64,000 bases of DNA, taken from positions 1,302,001 through 1,366,000 of the forward strand of contig CAWJLW010000006.1 in NCBI GenBank assembly GCA_963843795.1, given 5' to 3'. Positions 1 through 9,587 of the stretch are shown piece by piece; position 1 is the stretch's first letter, and each line of letters starts with the position of its first letter. The notes beneath the pieces are model-generated. The model did not search any database and was not told the DNA's origin. It saw nothing but the letters and a program-made list of their open reading frames with translations. This stretch comes from an uncultured bacterium. Its GTDB lineage: Bacteria; Armatimonadota; Abditibacteriia; Abditibacteriales; Abditibacteriaceae. Both the position numbers and the translations under genes were made by a program.

Positions 1-128
1 TTGCGATTCAAGTCGGGCAGTTAGATGCGGCTCTGCAAGCTGTGGCGCGCGGCACAAAATCCCAAATGCTGGCTTGAATTGATACACTGCGGGCGAAAAT
101 TCACTTTAATTTAAAAGGACAAAACTTT

Positions 129-797
129 ATGGCAGACGAACGCGAAGAAGGCATTAACATCATCGATAGTCGTGGTAGCGCGACTTCTACGAACGAAAAT
201 GCCGCTGAAACCAATGAAGAAACTTCCACTGAAACCTCTAACGGCCCCGGCTTGCAATTGATCGGCGGCGGCTCTGATGATTCCGGTGCTGATGCCGAAA
301 TGGTTGTAGGCGACGAAGGTGAAATGGGCGACGAGCCGGAGATGACGCCCGAACAACAGGAAGAATTGCGCGTGGCGATGGAAGAAGAGCAGTTCGCTTC
401 AATTCAAGAACGTATCGGTCGCGAACTGACTGATGAAGAAAAAGATCAGGTGCGCGAGCAGATGGAAGCGCAGGCACAGGCGCAAATCAATCTCGAAGTC
501 GCACCGATGTTGCTCGAAATGATGGTGCGTTTGCCGCAATACGCCGCAGTTCACTTGGGCCTAACCGCCAATCCTTATACGCAGCTTATCGCGCGCAACG
601 ACGAAAACGCGCGCATGGCAATTGACGCTTTCGGCGGCATGTATGATACGGTGAAATCGCACCTCGACAACAACAGTCGTCGCGAATTCGAGCGCGTGCT
701 GAACGATTTGCGCGTCAATTACACGCGCATCACCGGCCAGCCCATCGGCCCGGCTGGCGGCCCGTCGATCATCACTGGCCCGCGCATTATTCGCTAA
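129..797 (+). CDS. DUF1844-like protein with acidic N-terminal region
   Basis: AAAGGA RBS upstream. The C-terminal 'AAVHLGLTANPYTQ...ARMAIDAF...LNDLRVNY' matches the DUF1844 pattern from memory; the N-terminus is E/D-rich. Confidence 0.6.
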   Translation: MADEREEGINIIDSRGSATSTNENAAETNEETSTETSNGPGLQLIGGGSDDSGADAEMVVGDEGEMGDEPEMTPEQQEELRVAMEEEQFASIQERIGRELTDEEKDQVREQMEAQAQAQINLEVAPMLLEMMVRLPQYAAVHLGLTANPYTQLIARNDENARMAIDAFGGMYDTVKSHLDNNSRREFERVLNDLRVNYTRITGQPIGPAGGPSIITGPRIIR

Positions 798-845
798 ACA
801 ATCAAACCGGTTCTGCAAGTACTTGCAGAACCGGTTTGATTGTTT
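796..845. repeat. 50-bp perfect palindrome centred on GCAAGTACTTGC (terminator-like)
   Basis: AAACAATCAAACCGGTTCTGCAAGT|ACTTGCAGAACCGGTTTGATTGTTT, starting within the stop codon of the upstream gene and running into a T tract. Confidence 0.95.
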
Positions 846-863
846 TTGCCTTCCGCTAACAAT

Positions 864-1937
864 ATGAAGTGGATCATTCTCGAAGAAGCGCCGGTTGAAA
901 ATTTCTGGCCGCTTTCGCGCACGCGCCCGACGTGGGAATTGCGCTTTGGGGCGTGGTCGCCCTTGGAACGCGCGCGCATGGAAACGTGTCATCTCGCGTT
1001 GCGCGTGCGTCCCGAACTGGCTGCATACGCGCGTATTTCGACCGGCTTGCCGGTTAACGAAGATATTGAAGCGCAAAATATTAGTGGTGAAACACGTCAT
1101 GGTTTGCCGTATTTGTGGCCGTGGCAAATTCTCGCCAATTCAGACAAATTAATCGAAGCCGATTACGAGCAATGGATGGCCTCGCATTTCAACTGTCGCG
1201 AAGACATTGTGCTGGATGGCGTACATTTAATTGGCGATCGTGAGCAAATTTACATCGGTGCTGGTGCAACTGTACAAGCGGGCTGCGTGTTGGACGCCAG
1301 TCACGGGCCGATTATTGTTGGCGAACGCGCCGAAATTCAATGGTCGCACATTCAAGGGCCGGTTTTCATCGGTGCTGATTGCAACATTCACGGCGCGCGC
1401 GTGCGGCCGGGCACGAGCATCGGTCACGCTTGTAAAATCGGCGGCGAAATTTCCGCTTCGATTTTTCAAAGCCGCGTCAATAAAGCGCACGATGGTTTCG
1501 TCGGCCACAGTTGGGCCGGTCGCTGGGTGAATTTTGGCGCGCTGGCTACCACGAGCAACCTGAAGAATAATTATGGAAAGGTGCGCGTTTCGCAAACTTT
1601 GGAAACTTCTATCGATACCGAACAGCAATTTTTAGGGAGCTTGATTGGCGACCATACGAAAATCGGTATCGGGCAGATGCTGACGACCGGTAGCCACATC
1701 GGGCCGGGCTGCAATCTTTTTGGTGGTGGTGTCGCACCTAAATATGTGCCCGCGTTTTGTTGGGGTGGTGTCGAAGGTTGGGCCGAGCATCGTTTGGACG
1801 ATTGTTTGAAAACTGCGCGCGCTGTAACCGGACGGCGTTCGTTCGAGTTGCGCGTGCAAAGCGAAGCCGTGCTGCGCAATGTGTTCGCGCAAACGTCAAA
1901 AGAGCGCGCCGTGTTTTTGCAAATGCTGCGCGCCTGA
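864..1937 (+). CDS. GlmU-like putative sugar nucleotidyl/acyltransferase (hexapeptide repeat)
   Basis: N-terminal 'FWPLSRTRPTWELRFG', left-handed beta-helix repeats and 'NKAHDGFVGHSWAGRWVNFGA..SNLKNNYG'. ATG at 864 preferred over TTG at 840. Confidence 0.75.
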   Translation: MKWIILEEAPVENFWPLSRTRPTWELRFGAWSPLERARMETCHLALRVRPELAAYARISTGLPVNEDIEAQNISGETRHGLPYLWPWQILANSDKLIEADYEQWMASHFNCREDIVLDGVHLIGDREQIYIGAGATVQAGCVLDASHGPIIVGERAEIQWSHIQGPVFIGADCNIHGARVRPGTSIGHACKIGGEISASIFQSRVNKAHDGFVGHSWAGRWVNFGALATTSNLKNNYGKVRVSQTLETSIDTEQQFLGSLIGDHTKIGIGQMLTTGSHIGPGCNLFGGGVAPKYVPAFCWGGVEGWAEHRLDDCLKTARAVTGRRSFELRVQSEAVLRNVFAQTSKERAVFLQMLRA

Positions 1938-1960
1938 TTTGGATGGGAAATTAAAAACCA

Positions 1961-2401
1961 ATGCCGTTATTTGAATTTCGATGTTTAGATTGTGACAAGC
2001 GGTTTACATTTTTAAGTGGCGTTATCGCTGACAACAGCGAAGCGAAATGTCCGCGCTGCGATTCCGAAAAGTTGAAAAAGCTTATCTCGCGCGTTTCGCG
2101 CGGGCGCGATGACGATGCGCGTTTGGATGCGATGGCCGACAAGCTGGAAAACAGCGATTTCGATGATGAACGCGAAGTCAGAAAATTCGCGCGCGAAATG
2201 GGGCGCGAAATGGGCAGTGAAACTGGCGAAGATATGAGCGACGAAATCGAAGCCATGATCGAAGCCGAAGCACGAGGCGAAGACCTCGACGCGATGGGTG
2301 CGGGCGGAATGGGCGGCGCTGGCATGGGCGGAATGGGAATGGGCGGCATGGGCGCAGGCGGTTTCGGTGGCGGTTCGGGAGACGATGGAACGATTTATTA
2401 A
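1961..2401 (+). CDS. FmdB-family zinc-ribbon protein with Gly/Met-rich tail
   Basis: 'MPLFEFRCLDCDKRF...CPRCDSEKLKKLIS' signature; C-terminal GGMG repeats. Confidence 0.85.
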   Translation: MPLFEFRCLDCDKRFTFLSGVIADNSEAKCPRCDSEKLKKLISRVSRGRDDDARLDAMADKLENSDFDDEREVRKFAREMGREMGSETGEDMSDEIEAMIEAEARGEDLDAMGAGGMGGAGMGGMGMGGMGAGGFGGGSGDDGTIY

Positions 2402-3986
2402 GCCAGCGGCTCATCTCCGTGCCTTGTGCAAGTACTTGCACAAGGCTTTTCTGCTGTTATGCTTGGTAGCAAGTACTTGCCATGCCCAAAACGGTTTGGC
2501 GCTGCAAAATTTGCCAACTTTATCTAATAAAAATCCTTATCGCTGGTTCGCTTCGACCGATGCTAACCACAAAAACAATGATTTCGTGATGCTTCAACCT
2601 GGCGAAACGCGACGCGTGCCGCTAAGTGAAGGCAAGCTAGAGCGTTTGTGGAGCACGTCCGATCAGCCCGAAACGCTGCGTTTGCGACTGCAAAATGCTG
2701 GGCAAACGACAACGCTGTTAGAGAAAAATCGCGCTGTGCAGGGCAAGTGGAGCGACAAGGCTTACACACTTTACGATGCGCGCAATCTCAACCCCGACGC
2801 GACTTTAATTGCGAGCAATGCCAGCGCTAAACCCGCCAAATGGTTTTACCAGGCCAGTGTGCGGCCCAAGTTATTGCTCAGATTAGAGCCAGCAAAATTC
2901 ATTGGCGCGCCGAAAATTGTCAGCGTCGAGCGTTTGCTCAAAGATGGCGACAGCTTGGGCGCGTTCGATTTGTCGGGCGGCTTTAAATTCGGGCAAGTTG
3001 AAAAATTAGAAATTACACTCAAACCGGCGACATTGCAAACGTGGAACTTGGTTTTTCTGCGTGCTTTTGCGACTGGCGAGCAAGCGCGCGGGCCAGGTTC
3101 GCTAACCGAAATGCAGAACGCGCCAACTACGCCCGATCCGAAATTCGCTATCAACGCGCCGCTTTTGGCGCTCAGCGGACAATTTTTCGCGCTCAACTCG
3201 AAAAGCGATGCAGTTTCCAATTTCGATGGCAAAACGCTCACTATCAAATGGCCTTTGCCGTTCGACAAAGACCGCGAAGCGCCAGTGATTGATTTGTTCA
3301 ACACCAGCGCGGGTCGCGTGAATGTGAATATCAAAGCCACAGTGCGCCAATTGGATCAGTCACCCGCGATGATTTTTCATGCGGAATACGGCTCGGCCTT
3401 GCCAATAGCTAAACAACCGGTTTCGATTGCGAATTTCACCGGCAAAGGCGCATTAGTCGGGCTAGCGATGGCGACCAAACCAACGATTACTTCCAGTCGA
3501 CGCGCGTTTGCTTATCTCGAAGGAAACGAATTGATTCAGGCCGATGGCAAAATGTACGAAGGCACTGGCACCGAAGATTTCTTCAATTCAGCGTGGTATT
3601 TTCCCGAAAAACCGTTCACTGGCGATTACGGTGGCTTAACTTTCAAGAATGCGCTGCCGCCACAGGTTTCGATGTACCGCTGGCTCGTGCCCGATGCGAT
3701 TCCGTTTAGCCAAAATTTGCAATTCGATTTCGAACATGGCAACGGCAACAACGCGACCGACGTGGAATTTCGCTGGCTGGTGTGCTGGTATCAAGCACCG
3801 GGCGGCAGTTGGAAAGTTGTTGATGCGCTGCATGACGAGCCTGACGATGTTGAGCAAGGCCGCGCCGACGACGCGCGCCGCGAAATTGTATTTCGCCGCT
3901 ATATTCTGATTTCAACGGCAATCCTGCTCGGCATCGCAGCTTTAGTCGGGTTGTGGAGTGTGTTGAAAGGGCGGCGCGCGCAGTAA
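2385..3986 (+). CDS. DUF2961 (GH172-like) secreted, membrane-anchored protein
   Basis: 'EGNE...GTGTEDFFNSAWYF' and 'YRWLVPDAIPF...FEHG' motifs. ATG at 2385 follows GGAG; signal peptide and C-terminal TM helix present. Start is uncertain. Confidence 0.7.
   Translation: MERFIKPAAHLRALCKYLHKAFLLLCLVASTCHAQNGLALQNLPTLSNKNPYRWFASTDANHKNNDFVMLQPGETRRVPLSEGKLERLWSTSDQPETLRLRLQNAGQTTTLLEKNRAVQGKWSDKAYTLYDARNLNPDATLIASNASAKPAKWFYQASVRPKLLLRLEPAKFIGAPKIVSVERLLKDGDSLGAFDLSGGFKFGQVEKLEITLKPATLQTWNLVFLRAFATGEQARGPGSLTEMQNAPTTPDPKFAINAPLLALSGQFFALNSKSDAVSNFDGKTLTIKWPLPFDKDREAPVIDLFNTSAGRVNVNIKATVRQLDQSPAMIFHAEYGSALPIAKQPVSIANFTGKGALVGLAMATKPTITSSRRAFAYLEGNELIQADGKMYEGTGTEDFFNSAWYFPEKPFTGDYGGLTFKNALPPQVSMYRWLVPDAIPFSQNLQFDFEHGNGNNATDVEFRWLVCWYQAPGGSWKVVDALHDEPDDVEQGRADDARREIVFRRYILISTAILLGIAALVGLWSVLKGRRAQ
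2421..2446. repeat. 26-bp perfect palindrome with GCAAGTACTTGC core (second core at 2469-2480)
   Basis: GCCTTGTGCAAGTACTTGCACAAGGC followed by TTTT. Confidence 0.9.
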
Positions 3987-4026
3987 AACTTAACGATCCA
4001 GAAGTATTCGTATGAAGGAAATACAT

Positions 4027-6735
4027 ATGACCAGACAGGCAACTTTCAATCGGCAGTGGATTTTGATCAGCGCAATTTTGCTACTGCAAATCGTGCTCGT
4101 TTCCCTGTGCCGCGCGCAGAATCCTCTCAAGAAAACGTTGGATAACGGGCTGACGGTTTTGGTGCAGGAGAATCACGCTGCACCGGTAGTTTCGGTGCGT
4201 TTCTATGTGAAAACCGGTTCGATTTACGAAGGCAAATTTTTGGGCAGCGGCATTTCGCACTTGTTCGAACACACGCTATTCGAGGGCACGACAACGCGCA
4301 GCAAAATCCAAATCGACGACGATGTGCAGGCGATTGGAGGGCAGAGCAACGCTTATACTTCCAAGGATGTGACCTGTTATTACATCACGACGGCTTCGCC
4401 ATATTTCGAGCGCGCTTTGTCGTCCTTGAGTGATATGATGCAGAACGCGAATTTTCCCGATAATGAAGTCAAAACTCAGATTGGCGTCATTCACAACGAG
4501 ATGAATCTGGGCGACGATGATCCGGGCACCACGCTTTATAAAATATTCGATGAAACTGCTTTCGTGCGCCATTCGACGCGTTATCCGATTATCGGCTATC
4601 GCGAGAATTTCGACCGCTTGACGCGCGACGATATTATTTCTTATTACAAAGACCATTATCAGCCGGGCAACGTCGTTCTCGCAGTCGCGGGCGATGTCAA
4701 TACTGATATGGTTTTTAACTTGGCAACAAAATATCTGGGCGCGTGGCAGCGTCGCAACGCCAGCGACTTTACTCTGGCTTCGGAACCTTTGCAAACCGCA
4801 CCGCGCCGCTCGGTCGTGGAAAAAGATGTGCAACTGGCGTATTTAATGATCGGTTGGCACACAGTTCCTCTCCAAAACTCCGATTTGTATGCGCTCGATG
4901 TGCTGTCGCAAGTTCTGGGCGGCGGCGAAAGTTCACGTCTGGTGCGCTCGTTGCGCGAGCGCGATAGTCTGGTTTCCGACATCAGTTCCTATTCAGCGAC
5001 GCCCAATTACGATGCGGGCACGTTTGGGATTTCAGCAACTATGCCCGCCGAAAACTTGACCAAAGTCGAGAGTGCCATTTTTCAGCAAGTCGAAAACGTG
5101 ATTCGTCAGGGCGTGACGGCTGAAGAACTGGAGCGCGCTAAACGAGGCATTGAAACCGCGTTTATTTTCGGCAGCAGCGATGTGGAAAATCAGGCCGAGC
5201 AGATCGCCTACGACGAACTGGCGACCGGCGATCCGAGCTATTCGCGTCGGTATGTCGCGCGCATCAAAGACGTTACGGCTGCGCAGATTCAGGAAGTTGC
5301 TCGCAAGTACTTGCGGCCTGAAGGCACGACAACCGCGATCATTCGCCCACGTCTCGCAGCTGCCACGACCGTAGCCGTTGCACCAGTTCCGGCAGCGGGC
5401 GCACCGCAAATGTTCCGCTTGGCCAACGGAATGCGCGTGATTGTGCGCAACGATCCTTCCGCCGAGACTGTAGCTTTGGTCGCGATGGGCGTGGGCGGAA
5501 CGCGTTTAGAGCCGGCGGGCAAAGCCGGTGTGGCGAATTTGGCAACACAACTTTTGACGCGTGGCACGCCGGGACGCGATGCCGAAAGCGTGGCGACTTT
5601 AGTCGATACCTTGGGCGGAGATTTGACACCGCAAAGTGGCTACAATTCGTGGGGCATCAGTTCGCGCTGGCTGGTGCGCGACTGGCGGCGCGGTCTGGGT
5701 TTGCTCAGCGAAGCCGTCACCGAGCCAGCTTTTGCTGCCGATGAACTGGCGCGCGTGAAAGCGCAAACTATCGCGCAAATTCGCGCCCAAGATGACGATC
5801 CCAACGGCGCGGCAGCTTTAGCTTTGCGCGGGGCATTTTTCGGCGCGCACCCTTACGGACGTTCCAGTCTGGGCACCGAAGCCTCGCTGAACACAATTTC
5901 GCGCGATGATGTGGCGAATTATTGGAAGCGCATCGCCGATCCTTCTCGCACGGTGGTCGCAGTTTATGGAAACATCGAGCCGGAATTAGCGCGCGATGCC
6001 GTAGAGTTCGCGTTTAAAGATTGGAAAGCGAGCGGCACTTTGCCCGGCGCGCCCGCCGTGCCCGCAGCTTTGAACAGTTTCAAAGTCGTGGAAAGCACGA
6101 AACCCGGATTGGCGCAAACCGCGCTGTGGTTCGGCTATCCGTCGATTCGCATTGATGACCGCGACCGCTACGCGCTGGAAGTACTTGACGGCGCGCTTTC
6201 GGGCATTAATCTGCCCGGTGGACGTTTGCATCGTCGTCTGCGCGATAACGAACTGGTTTATGTAGTGCACGCTTACAATTCGCCCGGCGTCGATGCGGGA
6301 ATGTTTATTGTTTATGCGAACACCACGCGCGAAAATCGTGATAAAGTGCAATCGATTATTTTGGAAGAAATCAATCGAGTTCGCGACGAAGAAATTTCGC
6401 CCATGGAACTGGAAAGCGCCAAAAGCATGGCGATTGCCGCGCACGCCATCGATACGCAAAGCAATATCGCGCAGGCCAACAGTGCCGCCACCAATGAACT
6501 GGTCGGCATCGGTTACGGCGAAGACATCACGTTCGCCAACCGCATCAACGCCATCACCTTGGCCGATGTGAAAAACGTCGCGCAAAAATATCTGCGTCCC
6601 GATGCCGCTGCCCTGGCTGTCGTCGGCCCTCCCGTCGGACAAGACGCCGCTGTCGCACCAACCGATATCAAGCCAGAAGCGCCCAAAGCTGGACAAGACA
6701 CGCCGCCAGTGGCCGATAACATCCCTGCAAAGTAA
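4027..6735 (+). CDS. M16 family (pitrilysin/insulinase) zinc peptidase, secreted
   Basis: Inverted zinc motif HLFEH, 'GGQSNAYTSKD', two tandem M16 halves and a signal peptide. AAGGA RBS precedes the ATG at 4027. Confidence 0.92.
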   Translation: MTRQATFNRQWILISAILLLQIVLVSLCRAQNPLKKTLDNGLTVLVQENHAAPVVSVRFYVKTGSIYEGKFLGSGISHLFEHTLFEGTTTRSKIQIDDDVQAIGGQSNAYTSKDVTCYYITTASPYFERALSSLSDMMQNANFPDNEVKTQIGVIHNEMNLGDDDPGTTLYKIFDETAFVRHSTRYPIIGYRENFDRLTRDDIISYYKDHYQPGNVVLAVAGDVNTDMVFNLATKYLGAWQRRNASDFTLASEPLQTAPRRSVVEKDVQLAYLMIGWHTVPLQNSDLYALDVLSQVLGGGESSRLVRSLRERDSLVSDISSYSATPNYDAGTFGISATMPAENLTKVESAIFQQVENVIRQGVTAEELERAKRGIETAFIFGSSDVENQAEQIAYDELATGDPSYSRRYVARIKDVTAAQIQEVARKYLRPEGTTTAIIRPRLAAATTVAVAPVPAAGAPQMFRLANGMRVIVRNDPSAETVALVAMGVGGTRLEPAGKAGVANLATQLLTRGTPGRDAESVATLVDTLGGDLTPQSGYNSWGISSRWLVRDWRRGLGLLSEAVTEPAFAADELARVKAQTIAQIRAQDDDPNGAAALALRGAFFGAHPYGRSSLGTEASLNTISRDDVANYWKRIADPSRTVVAVYGNIEPELARDAVEFAFKDWKASGTLPGAPAVPAALNSFKVVESTKPGLAQTALWFGYPSIRIDDRDRYALEVLDGALSGINLPGGRLHRRLRDNELVYVVHAYNSPGVDAGMFIVYANTTRENRDKVQSIILEEINRVRDEEISPMELESAKSMAIAAHAIDTQSNIAQANSAATNELVGIGYGEDITFANRINAITLADVKNVAQKYLRPDAAALAVVGPPVGQDAAVAPTDIKPEAPKAGQDTPPVADNIPAK

Positions 6736-6759
6736 AAAACTTTCTATAAGCTCATTCAT

Positions 6760-6808
6760 AAAGAAAAAAGGCGTCCTACAAGTACTTGCAGGGCGCCTTT
6801 TTTTCTTT
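6760..6808. terminator. Bidirectional intrinsic terminator built on the palindrome (near-perfect)
   Basis: AAAGAAAAAAGGCGTCCTACAAGTACTTGCAGGGCGCCTTTTTTTCTTT between the convergent M16 and xerD genes. Confidence 0.85.
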
Positions 6809-6812
6809 GCAA

Positions 6813-7826
6813 TTAAGCGCGCGGATGAGCTTTGCGATAAGCGTCGCGCAAATGGCTGGTTTCCACATGCGTGTAAATTTGCGTGGTTGAAATATCGGCG
6901 TGGCCCAGTAACTCTTGAATCGCGCGCAAATCGGCGCCATTAGCGAGCAAATGAGTGGCAAAGCTATGACGCAAACTGTGCGGACTCACCCAATTGGGCA
7001 AACCGGCGCGTTCGGCGTGTTTCTTGACGATTTGTCCCAACAATTCGCGGCTCAAAGCGCGGCCCATGTCAGATAAAAAAACGATGTCGCTCACGCCGCG
7101 CCGCGCAAAGTTTCTGCGCGCCCGCGTGCCCTTGGCATCTTCCAATTCGTCTGCCGCTCCGCTGAGTTTGGGGCGCGCGAAGGCCAGATAATTATCCAGC
7201 GCTGCCCGCGCAACTCCTGCCAAAGGCACCATACGTTCTTTGCCGCCTTTGCCGCGGCAACGGAGGAAATTGCGCTCCAAATCGATATCGCTTAAACGCA
7301 AAGCACACAATTCTGCCGCGCGCAAACCCGAAGCGTAAAGCATTTCCAAGAGGGCTCTGTCGCGCACGCCGCGCGCATCGGCATTGCCGGGCGCTTCAAC
7401 TAAAGAACGCATTTGCTCGAACGATAAAATGTGTGGCAAGCGTCGTCCGGTGCGAAAACTGTCCAATCGCGAAGTCGGGTCGGGCCAGTTGTTTTCGCGC
7501 GTTAAAAACTTGTGCCATGAACGCAGCGCGGCCAATTTTCGCGCAATCGAAGCCTGAGCATACGTTTTATTATCGACCTGCGCGCTACTCAATGCGCGCA
7601 AATAAGCGGCGATGTGGTCGCTGTTAATCGCGTGTGGTGCGTTGATTTGCTGCTGTAAAAGCCAGCGCGCATACTGCTCCAAATCACGCCGGTAATTGGA
7701 AACTGTGTGAATTGAAACGCCGCGCTCGACGCGTAGCGCGTCGATAAACGTTTCGATTTCGCGTTCAAATTCGGCAGCGTTTTCAACGGTGAAATGATGC
7801 ATATAAATTCCTGGAATTGGAGACAC
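6813..7826 (-). CDS. xerD: Site-specific tyrosine recombinase XerD
   Basis: 'RDRALLEMLYASGLR', 'GKGGKERMVP' and 'HSLRHSFATHLLANGADLRAIQELLGHADISTTQIYTHV..AHPRA'. The true start may be 7802. Confidence 0.88.
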   Translation of the reverse strand: MSPIPGIYMHHFTVENAAEFEREIETFIDALRVERGVSIHTVSNYRRDLEQYARWLLQQQINAPHAINSDHIAAYLRALSSAQVDNKTYAQASIARKLAALRSWHKFLTRENNWPDPTSRLDSFRTGRRLPHILSFEQMRSLVEAPGNADARGVRDRALLEMLYASGLRAAELCALRLSDIDLERNFLRCRGKGGKERMVPLAGVARAALDNYLAFARPKLSGAADELEDAKGTRARRNFARRGVSDIVFLSDMGRALSRELLGQIVKKHAERAGLPNWVSPHSLRHSFATHLLANGADLRAIQELLGHADISTTQIYTHVETSHLRDAYRKAHPRA

Positions 7827-7861
7827 AGTTTAACCAGCGCGATTGTTGATAAATTAAAAGT

Positions 7862-8323
7862 ATGACTAATGAACCCAAAAAACACGCGCAGCCCGTTTGG
7901 CGCGCACGCGCCAATTATCGTCTGGCGATGAAAGTGGACGATTCCGATCACGAAGAAGAACTGTGGGTCAACAAGCACAGCGATGAATTATTTGAAATTT
8001 GCTGTATTCCTTTTTTTATTTACGACGTGAATCTGGGCGATATCATTAAAATTGTGCCGCACCAAAATAAAAATCTCGTGCTCGGCGTACAAACTCCCAG
8101 CAATCATCACACTTTCCGTATCTGGTTTCAAACCAAATCGGTCGATGCGCGTGAGCGCGTTTTAGAAGCCTTGAAAGAGCAAAATTGTGACTTTGAAAAA
8201 TTCGACGATAATCTAATGTCTGTCGATGCGCCCGACGATCAAACCGCCAATGCTTTGGTGCGTTGGATGGAAAGTTCGCGCGCGCGTTTAGGCTTTGATT
8301 ACGAAACTGGTCGCACGGAATAA
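7862..8323 (+). CDS. DUF4265-like protein
   Basis: 'EELWV...IPFFIYDVNLGDII...PSNHHTFRI' resembles DUF4265. Confidence 0.65.
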   Translation: MTNEPKKHAQPVWRARANYRLAMKVDDSDHEEELWVNKHSDELFEICCIPFFIYDVNLGDIIKIVPHQNKNLVLGVQTPSNHHTFRIWFQTKSVDARERVLEALKEQNCDFEKFDDNLMSVDAPDDQTANALVRWMESSRARLGFDYETGRTE

Positions 8324-8329
8324 TAGACC

Positions 8330-9106
8330 ATGAAAATTCTGAAAACTGGTCTTGTTTCCATTACTTTTCGCCAACTTTCGCCATCCGAAATCATTGATTT
8401 AACTCAGCGCGCCGAACTCGATGGAATCGAATGGGGCGGCGATGTTCATGTGCCGCACGGCGATTTGCAAAGCGCGCGGCAAGTACTTGCACAGACCAAA
8501 GCCGCGAATTTACAAGTCGCGTGTTATGGTTCGTATTATCGCGCTGGTGTTTCGGAACGCGAAGGTTTGAGTTGGTCGCAAGTACTTGCCACAGCGAAAA
8601 CGCTTGAAGCGCCCTTGATTCGTGTGTGGGCCGGAAATCGCGGCACCGATGAAAGCGATGCCGCGCAAATTCAAAACGTGATTGATGATTTAGGGCGCAT
8701 TTGCGAAATCGCAGCGCGCGAAAATATTGCCGTCGCGCTGGAATTTCATGGCGGCACCTTGACCGATAGCGGCGAAAACGCGCTGCAAGTACTTTCAGGT
8801 GTTCAGCAGCCAAATTTGAAATCTTTGTGGCAGCCGCGCGTCGCGCAAGCCGTTGAAACGCGCTTGCACGATTTGGAATTGGTCGCGCCATATTTATCGA
8901 ATTTACACGTTTTTCAATGGGACGCGCAGCGCGCGCGTTTGCCATTGAAACAGGGCGAAAATGAATGGGGCAAGTACTTGCAGATGGCTTGCAAGTACCT
9001 GCAAGACGATGATGACGAACATTTTGCGCTTTTGGAATTTGTGCACGATGATAGCGTCGAGCAATTATTGCAGGATGCACAAACGTTGCGAAAGTTAGTT
9101 GGCTAA
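8330..9106 (+). CDS. Sugar phosphate isomerase/epimerase (AP_endonuc_2 TIM barrel)
   Basis: 'GLVSITFRQL...GIEWGGDVHVP...GSYYR...IRVWAG...EFHGGTLTD'. Confidence 0.85.
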   Translation: MKILKTGLVSITFRQLSPSEIIDLTQRAELDGIEWGGDVHVPHGDLQSARQVLAQTKAANLQVACYGSYYRAGVSEREGLSWSQVLATAKTLEAPLIRVWAGNRGTDESDAAQIQNVIDDLGRICEIAARENIAVALEFHGGTLTDSGENALQVLSGVQQPNLKSLWQPRVAQAVETRLHDLELVAPYLSNLHVFQWDAQRARLPLKQGENEWGKYLQMACKYLQDDDDEHFALLEFVHDDSVEQLLQDAQTLRKLVG

Positions 9107-9568
9107 TTTCGAAATATCGTCGCCGGTTACGCGCATTGTCGTCCATTCATCCATTTCTTGCGCGCCCAAACTTTTGTAAAACGCAATCGAAGGCGCGTTC
9201 CAATCCAGCACGCTCCATTCGATGCGGCCGCATTCATTTTCCTGTGCGATATGCGCCAATGCGCGCAAAATCTGGCGACCAATACCGAGATTGCGATGAG
9301 CTTGCTGCACATAAATATCTTCGACATACAAACCCGGCCGCGCCAGAAAAGTGGAAAAGTTGTAAAAATACAACGCGTAACCGACGGGAATTCCATCGCG
9401 CCGTGCGACGAGGGCGTGGCAGCGGATTTCTTCAAACAAGTAGCGATGCAAAAGTTCTGCGCTGGCCAAAACATCATCGCTCATTTTTTCATAATCAGCC
9501 AATTCACGGATGAAACTTAAAATCACCGGCACGTCTGCGGGCGTCGCATCGACAATCGAGATATTCAT
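9095..9568 (-). CDS. GNAT family N-acetyltransferase (diamine acetyltransferase-like)
   Basis: 'IRELADYEK...YNFSTFLARPGLYVEDIYV...GRIEWSVLDWNAPSIAFYKSLGA'. Start reassigned to ATG 9568. Confidence 0.9.
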   Translation of the reverse strand: MNISIVDATPADVPVILSFIRELADYEKMSDDVLASAELLHRYLFEEIRCHALVARRDGIPVGYALYFYNFSTFLARPGLYVEDIYVQQAHRNLGIGRQILRALAHIAQENECGRIEWSVLDWNAPSIAFYKSLGAQEMDEWTTMRVTGDDISKLAN

Positions 9569-9587
9569 ATCGCACAGTTTAAAATGT

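Noticed and set aside
2296..2380. GGCGGCATG-like repeats as a DNA repeat element
   Set aside because: They are explained by the low-complexity Gly/Met protein tail.
6813..7826. Tyrosine recombinase as an integron integrase acting on the palindromes
   Set aside because: The sequence has canonical XerD motifs and C-terminus (YTHV...HPRA) and no recognisable IntI-specific insertion. Nothing links it to the repeats beyond proximity.
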